Assembly: GCA_964106915.2 (NCBI GenBank)
Contig: OZ066915.1
Source of the DNA: Podarcis gaigeae
Taxonomy: Eukaryota
Reading direction: 5' to 3' (one strand)
Length of the DNA: 64,000 nucleotides
The translations under genes were made by a program, and so were the position numbers. Below are positions 1-14,200 of the stretch, one piece after another (the stretch's first letter is position 1; each line of letters opens with the position of its first letter). Below the pieces are notes generated by a model. It was given only the letters and a program-made list of their open reading frames with translations, was not told where the DNA came from and ran no database searches.

Positions 1-3000
1 AGTGGTCACCAAGGAAATAGTTAAAGATATCATTACTGGGATTTAATGCTGACAGATGAAATATTACTGGGGTGCCAGATAAGAATTCACATAATTTAAT
101 CATGTTTGAGATGCTTTGGAGCTGTGGAAGAGGCTATCGTGCTTGGATTGTAACTATTAAAAATTACTCTCTCTCTCTCTATATATATATATCTGACTGC
201 TCTCATGGCAACATAAGCATAGTAGGTAGGTTGTATTATACCTACTGCAAGAATTGTGATTTGTTAGGAAAGCAGGGTTCTCATGACCAAGGGAAACTCT
301 CTAAAAGTGGTAGCAAAGACAGTTAGCTAAAGAAATTAGTACTAAAGTGGAAATCTTCAAAGGAAAGAAGACAGCAAGACCTTTAATCTTTCAGTGTGTC
401 AGCACACAGAGATTTGCAGAAAGGGACGACACACATTTTTATACTGTAGTTCTGTTAAGGGACTAGCCAACCTGTGTTTTGTTGCTGCTAAACCTCTACA
501 CCACAATGCTGAACTCCCCACCCCTACAGGCTACCATGCACAGCACTATAGTATAGCATGGGGAAAGCAGTTCAAGCCAGTAACCAGGAAGGATGCATAG
601 GCAGATAACTGATGTAAAATTACTGGTGGAGAGCCAGAAGCATAGCCAGTTTTCTGCTGACAGAAACACACCGGTGTTACAGTGGTAAAGGAAGTGTGGG
701 CTGGTACCATTTGCTACTTAGCAGGGGCTACTCTCACTCAACCCAGGAAAGTGGCAAATTTCAAAAGCGCAGCGAATTTCATTGAAGAAACAACTGCACT
801 ACACTCCGTACATTTTCATTTCCAAACGCAAAAGCCTCAAGTTTGGCTAGAAGGATATTTTTGAAACAGTATTTAAAAGCTATTGTGATAGACCAATCTC
901 TTTTCGTTCAGGAAGTGCTGGATTCCATACTCTTAATCTTTACTCTCTTTTGCAAGAGTCTGAATAGAAAATGTAGGTCACAGAAATTTCATACATTTGT
1001 GACTTAGCAAAGAGGGTCATTTGTAATTGCATCAAGTACGCAGTATAACGCTCCACTGCATTTTGTGAAGCACCTTGCTCAGTTTTTGAAAAAAACAGTT
1101 GCACATTACAGATTATTCAAACAATTTCTTATGAAATACGTGCCCTTTGCTAGGAAGAATGAGGTACATGCGAGAGGGCTCATATACCAAGATACTTCAT
1201 TTTGTAGCAGACAGGGATCATATACCAAGGAACATCAGTGCCATCAGACTAATCATCCTCCGAAGTTTTTATAGTCAGTGGAAGCTAACATGATCTACTA
1301 CAGAAATTGGCAGTGGATCCTTTTTGGTTTGAATTCCACTGTTTAACCCACAACTACTTCTTACATATATGGAGACGTAGCACCCCGTTGTCCAGTTAAG
1401 TACAAGGAAGGGCAAAGGCAGCAAAGCAGCTGGAGAGGGCTGCAGCTGGTAGAAGGGAATTTACCTTAATCAGTTTGGAATTTATCTACTTGGATTTTCA
1501 CTTTTGGGATTCTCAACCTTTAATGAGCCAGGTTTTCAAGGTACAGTATTTATATTTACAAGATGAACCAACTGAAGTTTTAGTCTCGTTTGGCTCATAA
1601 CCTGTCAGGTGTTTTTGAAACGAGGTCCTGAGAACAGAATGAGCAGTCGTTTCATCCTGAAATACTGCGAATATGTTTAAAGTATGTTTCTGAACCAGTT
1701 GTTAAGCTTTTAAATAAACTATTTTACTTTAAACAAGTAAACAAAAAAGTAAACAAACTGCACTAAATTCATGAGCTGGTAGAACTATTACACACTCATG
1801 AATGATTTGAAGGGGATGGAGGGTCGGTCTATTGACACATATTTTGTAATTGGTCCTGGGATCTCTGCTGGAGCGGTACAGAAATATTTTAAACTACTTT
1901 TTACCCACTTAACACAGCCAAGGCAAACTTCACAGTTCCACACCCATTTTTTATAAGGTAGTCATTTCAGATGAAAATGACCAATTAAATGTGCAATGCA
2001 AACCATCATTACAAACAGAGAGCTAGGAAAGAGACACACTGGTCTAGACAAGACTTATTGGACATTTACTGCCTTCTAAGTTCAATGATAAAAAACAACA
2101 AGATTTGCAGATATTAGATGCAATTCATTCTGCTTTTCAATGGCCCTGATGTAAAGGAAAGCAAGCAACTACACCTCAGAGTCTAAAAGTGCTTTATTCC
2201 AGGTCATTTAAGTTGTTAAAATACGCACTTTCTTCCTCTTCCTTCGAGGTCTGCTGGAGCTTGGCTTTACAGATGGAAGATAAAAGAGATAGTCTCAAAA
2301 CTCCAAAAGGTTTATTTTTCCTTCTTCAAAATTATCAAGTCTGCAATACACCCACAGGACACACTCATTTAAATCCTAGAGAGAAACATCTTCCCCAGCT
2401 CCATCCCAGCATGCAATGTCAGGATCTTAGAGTAGGGATCAAGGAGATCTTATCCACTGTGAATCTGGCCAGTGTATATTGAATGAAGGGGGAAATATGC
2501 TTTATACACCTCTTATTTGTGTCTTGGAGTAGACATTTGTTGGATATTAACAAGAGGAAAAAGAGATTCAGAGACTCGTTCAAAAAGCTACCATCTGTTT
2601 TGCCTAAGACTGGAGATAGCATTCAAATCAAGCAAAAGTATGGCGTTAAGAATAATCAGTATGACAAAGAATGCCTATTAGGTACAGACTCTGGGCTTCC
2701 AGAAAATCTTACTTGTGTTGTTTAAGGACTGGATCTTTGATTTTGAAGCCTCAGTATATAGTATAATAAACTTTAATCACTTTATTGCAAACACTAGTGA
2801 TGGGTGACAAAATTTGTGCTCCTATGGAGTTGAAACTTGAAATTGCATATTATTCTACATTAAAGACTGTCTTCCCAAAAGGTTTTTGCTCTTTGTATCA
2901 GATACTATTTAGCATTTGAGGAATTGTGATGGTTCTGAGCTAGAGTCAAACAACATACCTTTAGCAGTAACTACTGGTCACAGACAAAAGTTTATGATGG

Positions 3001-5067
3001 TTTTGATATAACAACAGCAAAAAACCCAGAAGTTTTATTTACTTTTGTGAAGAAAACAAAGAACAATTCTATGCATCTTTACTCAAAAACCAAGTCCCAA
3101 TGTGGTCAATGGAACTCACTATAGCCATGATGTAAAACAATCAATCTCTCTTTTTTCTTACTGCAACAGTCAATCCAAACTAACCATAATCAACACATTT
3201 CCTCCTTTATACTTTTAACGAAAAAAGTTTTAACCCTCAATTATCTTTCCAACAAACAGGCACCACTGGTTTGAGAGTTTTCTATTTTTAAAGCTACTAA
3301 AAGCTCCTGTCTCATCTGCTGCCTTTGTCTAACATTTGTGACTGTTTGAGTTTTGATGCTTGGTGCTCTAGACACCAACTGCAACATCCACATTTATGTC
3401 CTGTTCAGCTTTGGAACCTTTTGTTCCTTTAGCATTTCTTCAACTGACACAAAGTCAAAGATCAATTTGCCAATGCCTTCAAATGGCTCTTCTCCTGATC
3501 TGGCCTTCCCAAAATTTTTGTGTGTTCTCTGGTTCTCACACATACACCCTTCTCTTAGAATCAAACCTGAACAATATCACTGTTCAGAAATTCACAACTG
3601 GTTTTTTAGCTACTATTTAGGTATGAGAAAGACTAGAGTCCCCTGCTGTGGCTTTCATGAGACAAAGCTTCATTTTGTAAAGTACTGTAGGACTTGCATG
3701 AAATCCAAGCCTTGTTTGGTTGTGTGTCACACACATTGTGAGGGAATCTACAATGGAGTAAGAAACTGGAATGTTTCAAGCTACAAATGTTAGTGAATAT
3801 CCTCTCTTCAGGCACCAGACAAACATTTTCCTTCTGTTTGGAAACAAACAAAAAAAAGGACCAACAAAATGGAGTCAATTGTCATTCCACTGCACAACCA
3901 TGCAGGATATGCATTTATCTTCCAAAAATACTCTTTCTTTTATACAACATTAATTTACACTTACAGCCTGTTATATGAGCTGTGCTGTAATTCAACTGAA
4001 ATACTCTGAACATATGCCACAGGTTATTAAAATAAACCAGTAATGCATGCTGTAGGCAAAACATTACAATCTGCAATTAGCTGTCCCATGGTCAAGAAAG
4101 TTGCTTACTGCAGTCAGGTACAGACTCATTCACAACAACTAGTCTAGTTTAGCTCCATACTTTCAACAAGGATGCATGCCCAGGGCTAATTTGGAAATCA
4201 TTTTTTACTTCTAGCTTTAGTAAATTCTACAAGAAAATCAAAGTAATATGAATAGTACCATCACCTAACAAAGTAATACAAAGAATGCAAGACAGAGCAT
4301 TCCTCTTTCAATCTCGTATTTCACAGGCATAACAATTTCAGTGCTACAGTAGCTTTAAGCACACTCCTCTTATACCGGATATGATTACAGATGGTTACTT
4401 ATACCAGACAGAAGCTGGTAGCTATTTTCCATAAATGGCAATTTATTTGAAAATACAGCTCAAGCCATGTCAAAATTGCCAAATGGGTGCAACTTTGCAA
4501 CTAGACACTACAGAACAAAGGACTGATGACTAAGGCTACAATTTACATTGCCCATGTGTAATATTGGACAAATTGAGTCTGTACTAAGGATAAAAGGAGA
4601 GCACTTATTGATCCTTCTTCGGCATGAAATGTAACAAGTAATAGCTTTGATTCATTTGCACAAGGCTTCTGAGATCTGCAGTGGTTAGAAGAAAACATGA
4701 CATTTAAGTCAGTTGATGATTCACATAGTATAGTAAAAGTCACTGATATTTCCATGGCTGTTAAAAGTCTGTATCCTGCAAATACACAAATATCCAAAAA
4801 GGCATTAAACAAGGGAGGTACCCAGCCCTCAATTTTAATAACCTATACAACACCCTCCTTCACACTTAAACTTCAAGGTCAGAAAGCTAAGCACTTCACA
4901 AGTAGTGGCTCTTCGGCTAATTCAGATCAACTAAGAGAATGGCATGTCTAAACATAATTGTGAGACGATCTATCCTACTCAAAGAGTATTTTTACTCTGA
5001 TCTTGTCAAAGGACATTACTGAGCTCCTAGACTTTTCCCCATAAAAAAAATCAGAACTGTTTTGTAC

Positions 5068-5207
5068 CTGTGAGGTTGACATGCGTGAGGTATCTTGTCG
5101 GCCTGTTAAATCAGACGAGGAGATATTGACAGGGGCCCCACGATGCAATCGCATACTCACTTTCCGTTCTCTCTCCATTCCAGACACTGGCCGAGGAGAT
5201 GTGTTTG
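5068..5207 (-). CDS. CSNK1D: CSNK1D exon 8
   Basis: [47 protein letters not shown]; 140 nt. Confidence 0.95.
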
Positions 5208-8200
5208 CTGACCAAAATAAAAAGTAAAACTTAATTTTGTGCCTGTATTTACTAGACAAAATAAACTATTGCAATAAAGGGAAGCCGACAGAGGCATCAC
5301 TTTATAAGCACCTTCATAATGTCAGAACTATTAAACCCACAAGGCACTCATTCCCCTTTGAAGCCTAACTAGGGAGAGGCAAGTCAAGAAATTAATGTTA
5401 TAAAATACTGTTCTTAAATGTTGAGGGTAGGATTCAAAGATAAGCATGCCAAAACGGGCTAGAATAAGAAGAATTTCCTACCCCCCGGCCCCCTAAAAGC
5501 CTTGAGGTGTTGAATGGAGTAAGCTGTGGCGCAAGAGGAAGTGATTAACTAGAAGGCAGCCCACCTCAAGGCATTCTTTGGCTTACCTGTATGTGAAGTT
5601 GGGGTAAGAGGGGTTGGTGGAGCTACATCTTGTGTCCCCCTCAGCCTGCCAGAGGCAGTGGAAGGTAAGCCACGAACTGCAGGATTTCGTGTGTGTCTCA
5701 GTCTTTCTTCTCTCTCTCTTCGTTCACGCTCAGCATCTTCGACTGCACGGCTTGCACCCTGCAAGAACATGTAATTTGGCATTATACCAACATTTGGAAT
5801 CAATTAGTTAAAAACCTGTATTCAGTGTTGAGAGTAGCTGCAGTGTCAACGCTACACTGCTGAGCTTATCTGGACCACCGAAAGACAGTCAGAAGGAAAA
5901 GCAGACCCTGGGTCCAAATCAGACACAGACTCAGAAGGTAGCAGGTTATTCTCTCAGCCCCGTACCTATTTTTAAAAAGGGAAATGAATGGTGATCACAA
6001 TATTTTTAAAATTTTTAACAGGATTTAGTTTTTTATATATAAAAAATACTTATTTGCCACAATTTCATAAAATATTACCTACTAAGAGCAGATATGGAAC
6101 AAATCCATGATGCCAGAGGATGTGGAACTTGCAATTGCTAACAAGATACAAAGAAAACACCCAGGTACCAAAATAGCTCAAAGTTGGAAAATACATTTGT
6201 TCAAAGCTGCTGCACAATACTTTTATGACTACACTAAAAACAAAAGAACAGTGGTAGCATCGGACAATATTTTTAAAGAAAGGCAGTCCTGATGTCTTTC
6301 TTCTTCTACAGAAGCAAAGAATAAGGGGATTTATGTCGATGATTCTTGGAAATCAGTCACAAATATTCAGCCTGGTAGCTACCCAAAGTAGAGAGGAGAA
6401 ATATCAGATGCTGGTTTACTTGGCAGATACCTCCAGTATTGGAAGTGCATGCATCTGAATATCAGGTGCTGGGGAGAGTGCTGTTGTACTTAAAGTTGGT
6501 TACTGTGAGAAAATTACACTTCTTATATTCTTGGCTTTGTCAGCTGGAAGAAAGTATTTTAGCTCCACTGAATCCAATGCTATCCTCGATGTACTGCACA
6601 ATCTCCATATATACAAAATGCTTAACAATTTGCTTGATCAAACAAACAAACACCGTACTACAGAGATCACTATCCATGTTGCATTCTTATTCGCAAAAGG
6701 TGTGAAGCAAAGCAACAATTTCCCTGAAACCCATGTGTTGTAGTTCTGAAGTCACTGTTAAATAAAACAACAAAACCAAGTGTGGAATGACTTCCTCCCT
6801 GCTGACAAACATATTGCACCAATATTATGTGCTGGGTTGAAAAGTGAAGACACAGCTCTTTGCCCAGGCTTTTGAGAGGGGGTTAGGCACACTTTTCGAA
6901 ACTGCAAAAAGGCAGGCAGAATAGGGAATTCTTAACAGAATAAAGTAATTACCTGATGATGAACTATCTCACTGAAAAGATACCCCTATGATCTATGGTG
7001 TGAATGATGTACAAAATATTTCTTCATTATCATGAAGAAATGTGACTGCACATGAGTATAACAGATCGATATAGACCAGCTTTGGTTCTAAGAACTGGTG
7101 AACAAGTCACACCACATGGCCTTCTAGCAAGGCTTCTGCCTCAGAGTGGATTTTCAGGGATCAAAATGCCTTGGCAAACCTAAAATGTACTGAACTGATC
7201 CAAAGGCAGTTTTTTTTTCCTTTTGGTCTGTAATGTAACCATGCTCCAGACGGAACAGAACGGTGTGACATCAACTTGTATCACATTTGCAGAAGAAAGA
7301 ATGAATAACACTGAGATACAGATATTCAATAGACAGAGTCTATTAGGGAAGGACGAAAGATGGATGCAAGTCACAAAGAATGGTATATTGAATCTCAGGA
7401 GTATGAAATGCATATGCCAATTATTGTGCAACATCTCATACACACTGAGTTCTTTATATTTAAAAAACATAGTTAATTTTATTTTAATCATATATGTGTG
7501 TGTAAATCAGAAACCATGGAGAGATTCACCTTAGCTCTTTATTCAAGCACCTGAGAGAGTGGTCTCTGACCCCATGAGAGTCAGAGAGTCCTCTGCCGAT
7601 ACGTAGACTTCAAAAGATTTTTATGCATAGTCACGTGAAGTACAGGGTTCACTTCCTTAAAATTAAATGGAAGGTACAAGCAAAAGTTTCAACATGTTTC
7701 AAATTTTTCTAAAAGAAACTGTTTACCCTGCGTAGCAATACTTCCCTGTTCTAGGCAGCTTGTGGTTACATGTGAAAGCAAAACATTGCAAATGCTTGTT
7801 CTAGTAGCTAAGTGGCGAACTTTACCATTTTTTCTGTATGCTGCTTCTCAACCAGGTCAGAGTCCATCCTGTTTTAATCCTAAATCCCCAACCAAACTTA
7901 TTGATTTCTCTAACAATGAATGCACCTACACACAGATATACAGACCCAACATCCAAATAGTGTTTTGTTAATAAAAACTAGAAAAGGTAGCAAGGTTTTT
8001 GCTTTTGGAAGAAACAAGAAACACTTTGGAAATCCAACTAGAGCCACTGTCACAAGCATACAATATTTATTCTTTCTCGTCTGTCTTGCTGTAAATAGAG
8101 AATGTCAGGCTTTTTTTCTGTTTTAAAATAGGATCTCTCGCTAATCAAAAAATCTAAACAAAATGTGAGTACTGAAAGCCTGCAAATGCAGTACAAATTT

Positions 8201-11200
8201 ATGTCTTCTCTTTGGGTATGTGACTTCTATCTTTGGAAGTACGGTTGCTAATTACAAAGCCTTCCAAAGCTTCCAAGTTTTTGCTACAAGGTAAGTGACC
8301 GCAAGCTGACCACCAAAGAGATGCAGTTATATCATAAATTTTAATGTCATTCTACAGTCATCTTACAGCTTCCATACCTTCTGGTCATTACAAATTATAA
8401 AATAGCTGAAGACAACACCCAGAGAACCCATTTGGTCCCCCAGAGTGATTATGGTAAATGTGCACAACCTCTTACAGCTAGGCAAGGAATGAGACAACAT
8501 CAGATCATCAGCTTTGATTATTTACAATGGGATACATTGCTAGCTGCCACTCATATATATAGATCCCCAGTCTTCAAGGATTTATAGAGGCATCTCAAGC
8601 CTGTTTACTACAAAGCAAATCGCCCTGTTTCAATGTAGCTTACTCCCAGGTGAGTGCTCACAGATTTGCAGTTTGATACTTTAACCACTAGTCCTGTTAG
8701 AAAGCTAAAATTGGTTTCAGTTTCATTGCTTGTAACAGTTCACACCAAACTGCCATTTGCTACAAACATCAACAAGCACTGTGAAATATATTATTTCACC
8801 TCCAGCACTTAATGTCAGATATCAAGCTCTCACTCTGTTTTCCACAATTAAAAAAAAAACTAAGTTACCAAGTACGGACTACTTACAAATTTCAGCATGT
8901 TCCAGTCAAATACATAGTCATAGGAGAAGCCTTGTCTGTGGAAGAGGTTTCTGAATAATTGCCTTAGATATGAATAATCCGGTTTGTCATCAAAACGCAA
9001 CGAGCGGCAAAAATTCAGGTATGTAGCAAATTCAGCTAAAAAGAAATGAGAAATCCTGTTGATGTTATCGTAAAGTCAGTGCAAACAACAATATCCAGCA
9101 CAGATTCATCAGCTCATCTGCTTTCCAAAGTATTGGCTCAATGCTTCTCATAGTAACCAAGGTGACAGAACCATGAACTGCTTTTCCTATATGTAATCAG
9201 GAACTGATATGCTTTTTTTCACATGTAGCACAATCCTTCATGACTGTCAGGGAAATTACTAGGCTACAACGGCAGAGGCAACCTGCAGAGGAGTGTAGAG
9301 AGCCCTATTCTAGTCCACAGTGGTATAAACAATAGAAAGATTAAGTATGGTACAAAAGTTAGCAGGTTGCTGAACTAGGATCTGGCAGATCAGGGTTAAA
9401 ATCGCCACTCAAGCTATGTGACTTTGGGCCAGTCACTGTCTCTCAGTCAAAGATGTCTCACAAGGTTGCTGTGAGGATAAAAAGGACACAATCATGTATG
9501 CCACCGAGTTCCTTGGAGGAAAAGTACAATATAACTGTAATTCATAAATGCAATAAAACAAACAAAACAGAGAGAGAGATATTTCTTTTTAAAGCAACGA
9601 CTGGTAACTTATGCACTGTGACTGAACATGTGCTGACTGAACATGTAACTCATTTGTTCATCATGGTAAGCTGCTCATTGAATACCAAACAGTGTAGACA
9701 GAGAAAAATCCATACATATGCAGCACCTTGGAAAGAGGGGAGCACAAAAAGGGGGGTGTTGAAGTTGTTTACAAAGCAGCCAAACAACATACCTTCATTT
9801 AACCATTAAATGAAATTTGAACCAAATAACAAGAAAGCGTTAGTACATACAAATAAGAGCTAGAATAATTTCTAAGATAGAGAGGTAACAGAAAATGTAA
9901 CATCAAGTTAATGTAAGTTTCACTGAACAGTTAGCTTTGAAATCAATACTAAAGACATCTATTTCAGAGAATAAACTTACAAGGGTATCCTTTACACAAA
10001 ACCTCAATGGGTGTGGACATTTTCTTTTCACTGATGCGTTCATATTTCTGTCTTTTTGTAGCTGCCTTCAATCCCTGCCAGGGGAGGGAGCCCAGGTTAA
10101 AATACATGAGTACATAGCCCAAGGACTCCAAGTCATCTCTGCGAGATTGTTCTACAAGGAGTAGAAGAGTGGAGCCATTAGGTTCTATCATCTGGTGAAA
10201 TGGTTCAAATATGCTTAAAGCAAAAATTACACAACAAAGATCTTACCTGCAAGAAAAACATTGTTAAACAGTTAATTTCAACCTTGCCAATAAAATCAGT
10301 ATGAAAAATGGTTTACTCTTGCAATTATCCAACAATTATTCCTAAAGAATCCCATACTGGAAACTGTTCAAATGGCCATATAGGTCCATACCACAACAGA
10401 AATACAGAATCATTCACCCACAACACTTGCCGATCAACCAGGGTTTTACAGCTTTGAGTGTAAAGGCAACCATGATTTAGTTGCTTCTGGCTTCTTCCTG
10501 CCCCAAATCCTCTGAACTGAGGAGAGAAGGTGGATCTTATTTCATTTTGCTTGAACCTTTTACAGTCTCTGAATGCTGCTCCTGCCATGCTAGTGTGAGG
10601 AGACCTCTCCCCAAGCATCCCCTGAAATTCATGGAGAACTCTGGGGAGGGGTACAAAGACATCTGTGGAGCCCTGCAATCAACCAAGGAAATTCAAGCCA
10701 CAGTGCCAAGAACAGACATACTGCAGAAAGCTGCTAACGATGATTCACACCACTGAGCCAAGTTGCAAGCTTAGCCACAATTTCTTGACACAGGCTGCAG
10801 TGAAAGACACAGTGTTCTCCAACCCATATCTCTCAGGACTATAATTTTCTTTATGGTAAAGTTCTTTGTTGTTGTGCCATTGGAAACAGCTTCTAGCAAG
10901 GCAAGTTTTATGTCTGCATGCAAGTGGAGGCAAACAGAAACAAAACAAATCCTGAGATAACTTTTACAAGCTTGACCTGAAGGGAAATTTCTTCTCAATC
11001 CCATATATGGTAGTCTGACCCCAAGAAAAAATCTACCAAGCTATCCCAATGGAATAGCTATCCCAATGTTTGAGGCTGTCACATGCATTAGAGAGCATGA
11101 CCATTTGATTTGTTTCACTGATGCACATACAGCGCAATCCTAACAACATCTATTCAGAAATAAGTCCTACTGGATTCAACAGGGCTCACTCCCAGATCAA

Positions 11201-14200
11201 AGCCCCCTTTTTTCAATGGTAGCCAGAACAATTTATTTTATCCAGATGTCTTATTGCATGAACATTCCTACAACAATAACCAAAATAATCTGCTACCAGC
11301 TCACCAATTCCAAGATGAGTGTTGATAGAGGCATAGCGGGCAGTTCCTGTTAAATTTTTATTTTCACGATATGGAATGTGCTGGTGTGTTCGAGCATCCC
11401 GATATTTCTTGGCCAGCCCAAAATCTATGATGTAGACAAGATTGCCCTTCTTGCCTAATCCCATCAGGAAGTTGTCAGGCTTTACATCTCGGTGGATGAA
11501 GTTCTTCGAATGAATGTATTCTATTCGGCTAATCTAATTGCAGAAAGACATAATTTCAGAATTACAGCATATAAAACCTTTCAAAAACAACCAGCTGCTC
11601 CTTTATATTGGGCTTTAATACTAAAATCCTACTTTGATAACGTTTAAGCTTAAAAGCTATTTGCTTGCTTTATTATGCCTGCATTATTTATTCTACTTAA
11701 CCCCCTTTTTAAAATACCACAAGCCAGTTTAACTTGTTTCTAACTGTGCAACTGTACACATGACAACTAGGAAGTAAGTCTAATTAAGATCAATAGGATT
11801 TACTGCCAGGTACGTGTGTATAAGATTGCAGTCTAAGTGGCTTTCCTCCTGGGTCTTTTGATGAAGCAAGAATTAATGTCTTAACTGGATCTCACTTTGG
11901 GCACTGACAGGGTGACATCCCCCCCCCCCCAAAAAAAAGAGCTGTGCAGGGATCTTGAGGGACATCTAGTCCAACACCCTGCAATGCAGAAATCTCAACT
12001 AGAGCTTACATGACAGATGGCCATCCAACATCTGCTTAAAAACCTCCAAGGATCTTCAACTAGGTAAGATTGAGTTTTGGCTCTAAAGATTTTGCTGTAA
12101 CAGCAGTACTACTACATTAGACCAATAGTTGCCTCCAAGGCTGAAGCCAGAGAGCCCTTGACATAGTGCCAACAATGAGTCCTCACTATATCTACTTCCA
12201 ATCAGGTCATGGCCCAATCCTACCTATAGACCTACAAAATCAGTAAGGCAAGACAATATACTCCGAGTAACTTCAAAATGGCAGGTGACCACTGAGGGTG
12301 AAATGTAAGCTTGGCTCCTATTTAAAAGCAGAAACACTGTGTACTGCTGAAAAATATTGGTGGGTCCAGCAGGGAAGATGGTGAATGGTGCTGCGGCTGG
12401 TCCAGTGAGGGGCTCTCTTCCAAGCCCCTGGGAGCCTCAGCCAGTGCCCAAACTGTCTGACTACTGACCCTGGTGTCATCTAGCACCATTGCTGTATCAT
12501 TTTAGTGCCACTTGCTTGCATAAAGCATGGTTTCCAGATGCTTCAAATGGTAGCAGTACACATAACTGGAATATTTACGGTCCTGCTGTTTTACTTCAAC
12601 CTTTCTGAACCTAAGGGTTTAAAAATGGACACACATACAGACATCCTAATAGCCATTAGAGAAGATATTATTCACGGACATATTTAGTTCTTATTGTCTT
12701 CTATGTCTGTGCAGAAGTACAAACCAAGAATGTCTTCACACTTATTTTGGAAGAACAATTCACAAGTTGATTTATATAACATTTTCAGGAAGTTATTTAT
12801 TATGCATAAACTGGCCAATTTTTTGTGGCAGCAAAGTTTTAAATACATATAGGCTCAGATTCTGCAACTTGATCCTAACATAAAGTTGAAGAATCTGTAA
12901 AACTTGATGTGTTGACTGTTGTTACCCCTTGAGGGAAAGATCAGCTTTTAAAATAATTGCAAACCCTCATGTCAAGAGATAGATAAGGAATGTAGCCTAA
13001 CACACTAGAAATGGGTGAATGCTTTAGAATCCAGCCCAACAGCCACTAACTACACAGCTTCTCTTTGCAACCCTGAGAACAATCCATTTTGGAAAAAGTA
13101 TGTATTTTAAAGAAGCACAAGCATGTTTCCCACTGCAGCTAAATTGGTCTGATTCACACTGGCAAAAATAACTTTAAAAGCATTATTTGTACTGGACACA
13201 TTTTATTTTCTGGTATATGAAGAGAATAGCTTAAGTGGTAGGCTTTCTAACTGCCCTCTGAAAGAAAGGAGTCCCAAATTTTGTTCCATATAAGACAATT
13301 ATTTATAGAATGCAGAGAGGATTTAAGGAAACCCTCCTACCCAATAATCAAGACATGCAAAGATTTTAATACCATTTGGTCAGCAAGTAAAAGGACTGTC
13401 TTGAGGCTGAATTTTCTTGAACAGAAGTTAAAGAGATCTTCAAGGCTTGGTCCCAACAACTCCATCACCATTACATTGTAGTCACCTTCAGCACCGCACC
13501 ATTTGATTGTGGGAATGCCCACTAGAAAAAAAGGGGGGAAATTACTATAGTATTTTGTGAAAACAGAAGGTATCTGCACAAAATATGTATGACACACCCA
13601 CAGATTATTATCTAAATTACAGCACATTTTTCTTCCTGAAAAATGTATGCATTTGGGGGGGGGGGAGGAGATGGGGGGAAGAGACTGGAACTGGAGGAAG
13701 GTCCTGGGACACCTTGTATAGATGTGCTTCCAATGGGATGTGATCTTCTCCTTCTATCTAAGTACAAGTACTCCCTATTAAGAAGCCAAAAGGGAGGGAA
13801 AGACCATTGTTGTGCTATGAATCCTAACTATCAGGCGTCAAATTAGTCTACAGTAGCTATGAATACTCAGAATTCAACAAATATTTTATAGCATATTTGT
13901 ATATGACATTTTAAATCTGTGCTGTTTAACCTGGGCTCAGAAATTATGAGGTTCCCTTGGTTACAGCTTCAGAAGATTCCCCCCAAATAAGTTCTGGGAG
14001 TTGCTCAATTCTTTCACCACTACCTGCATTCCCCACTCTGACTGATATTACTGTGTCATAATTCTAGGTAATTAAAGCCAGAAGATCAGAATAAAGAACA
14101 CTTTAAACAAGAGATGGGTAACCTCTGACCCTCCAGGTGTTGTTGGACTCCAAGTTGCATCAGCTCTGGCTAGCAAGGTGATTGGCAGGGGATAATGAGA

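Noticed and set aside
3353-3793. 146-aa plus-strand ORF and the other short intronic ORFs in the track
   Set aside because: Often non-ATG starts, no recognisable homology or splice context; consistent with chance ORFs.
6953-7040. Box C/D snoRNA (TGATGA...CTGA)
   Set aside because: Antisense to the host gene, D-like box only ~12 nt from the C box, and no terminal D box or closing stem.
11039-11068. Short tandem duplications (also ~9619-9646 and ~18346-18372)
   Set aside because: Ordinary 13-17 bp slippage duplications with no array structure.
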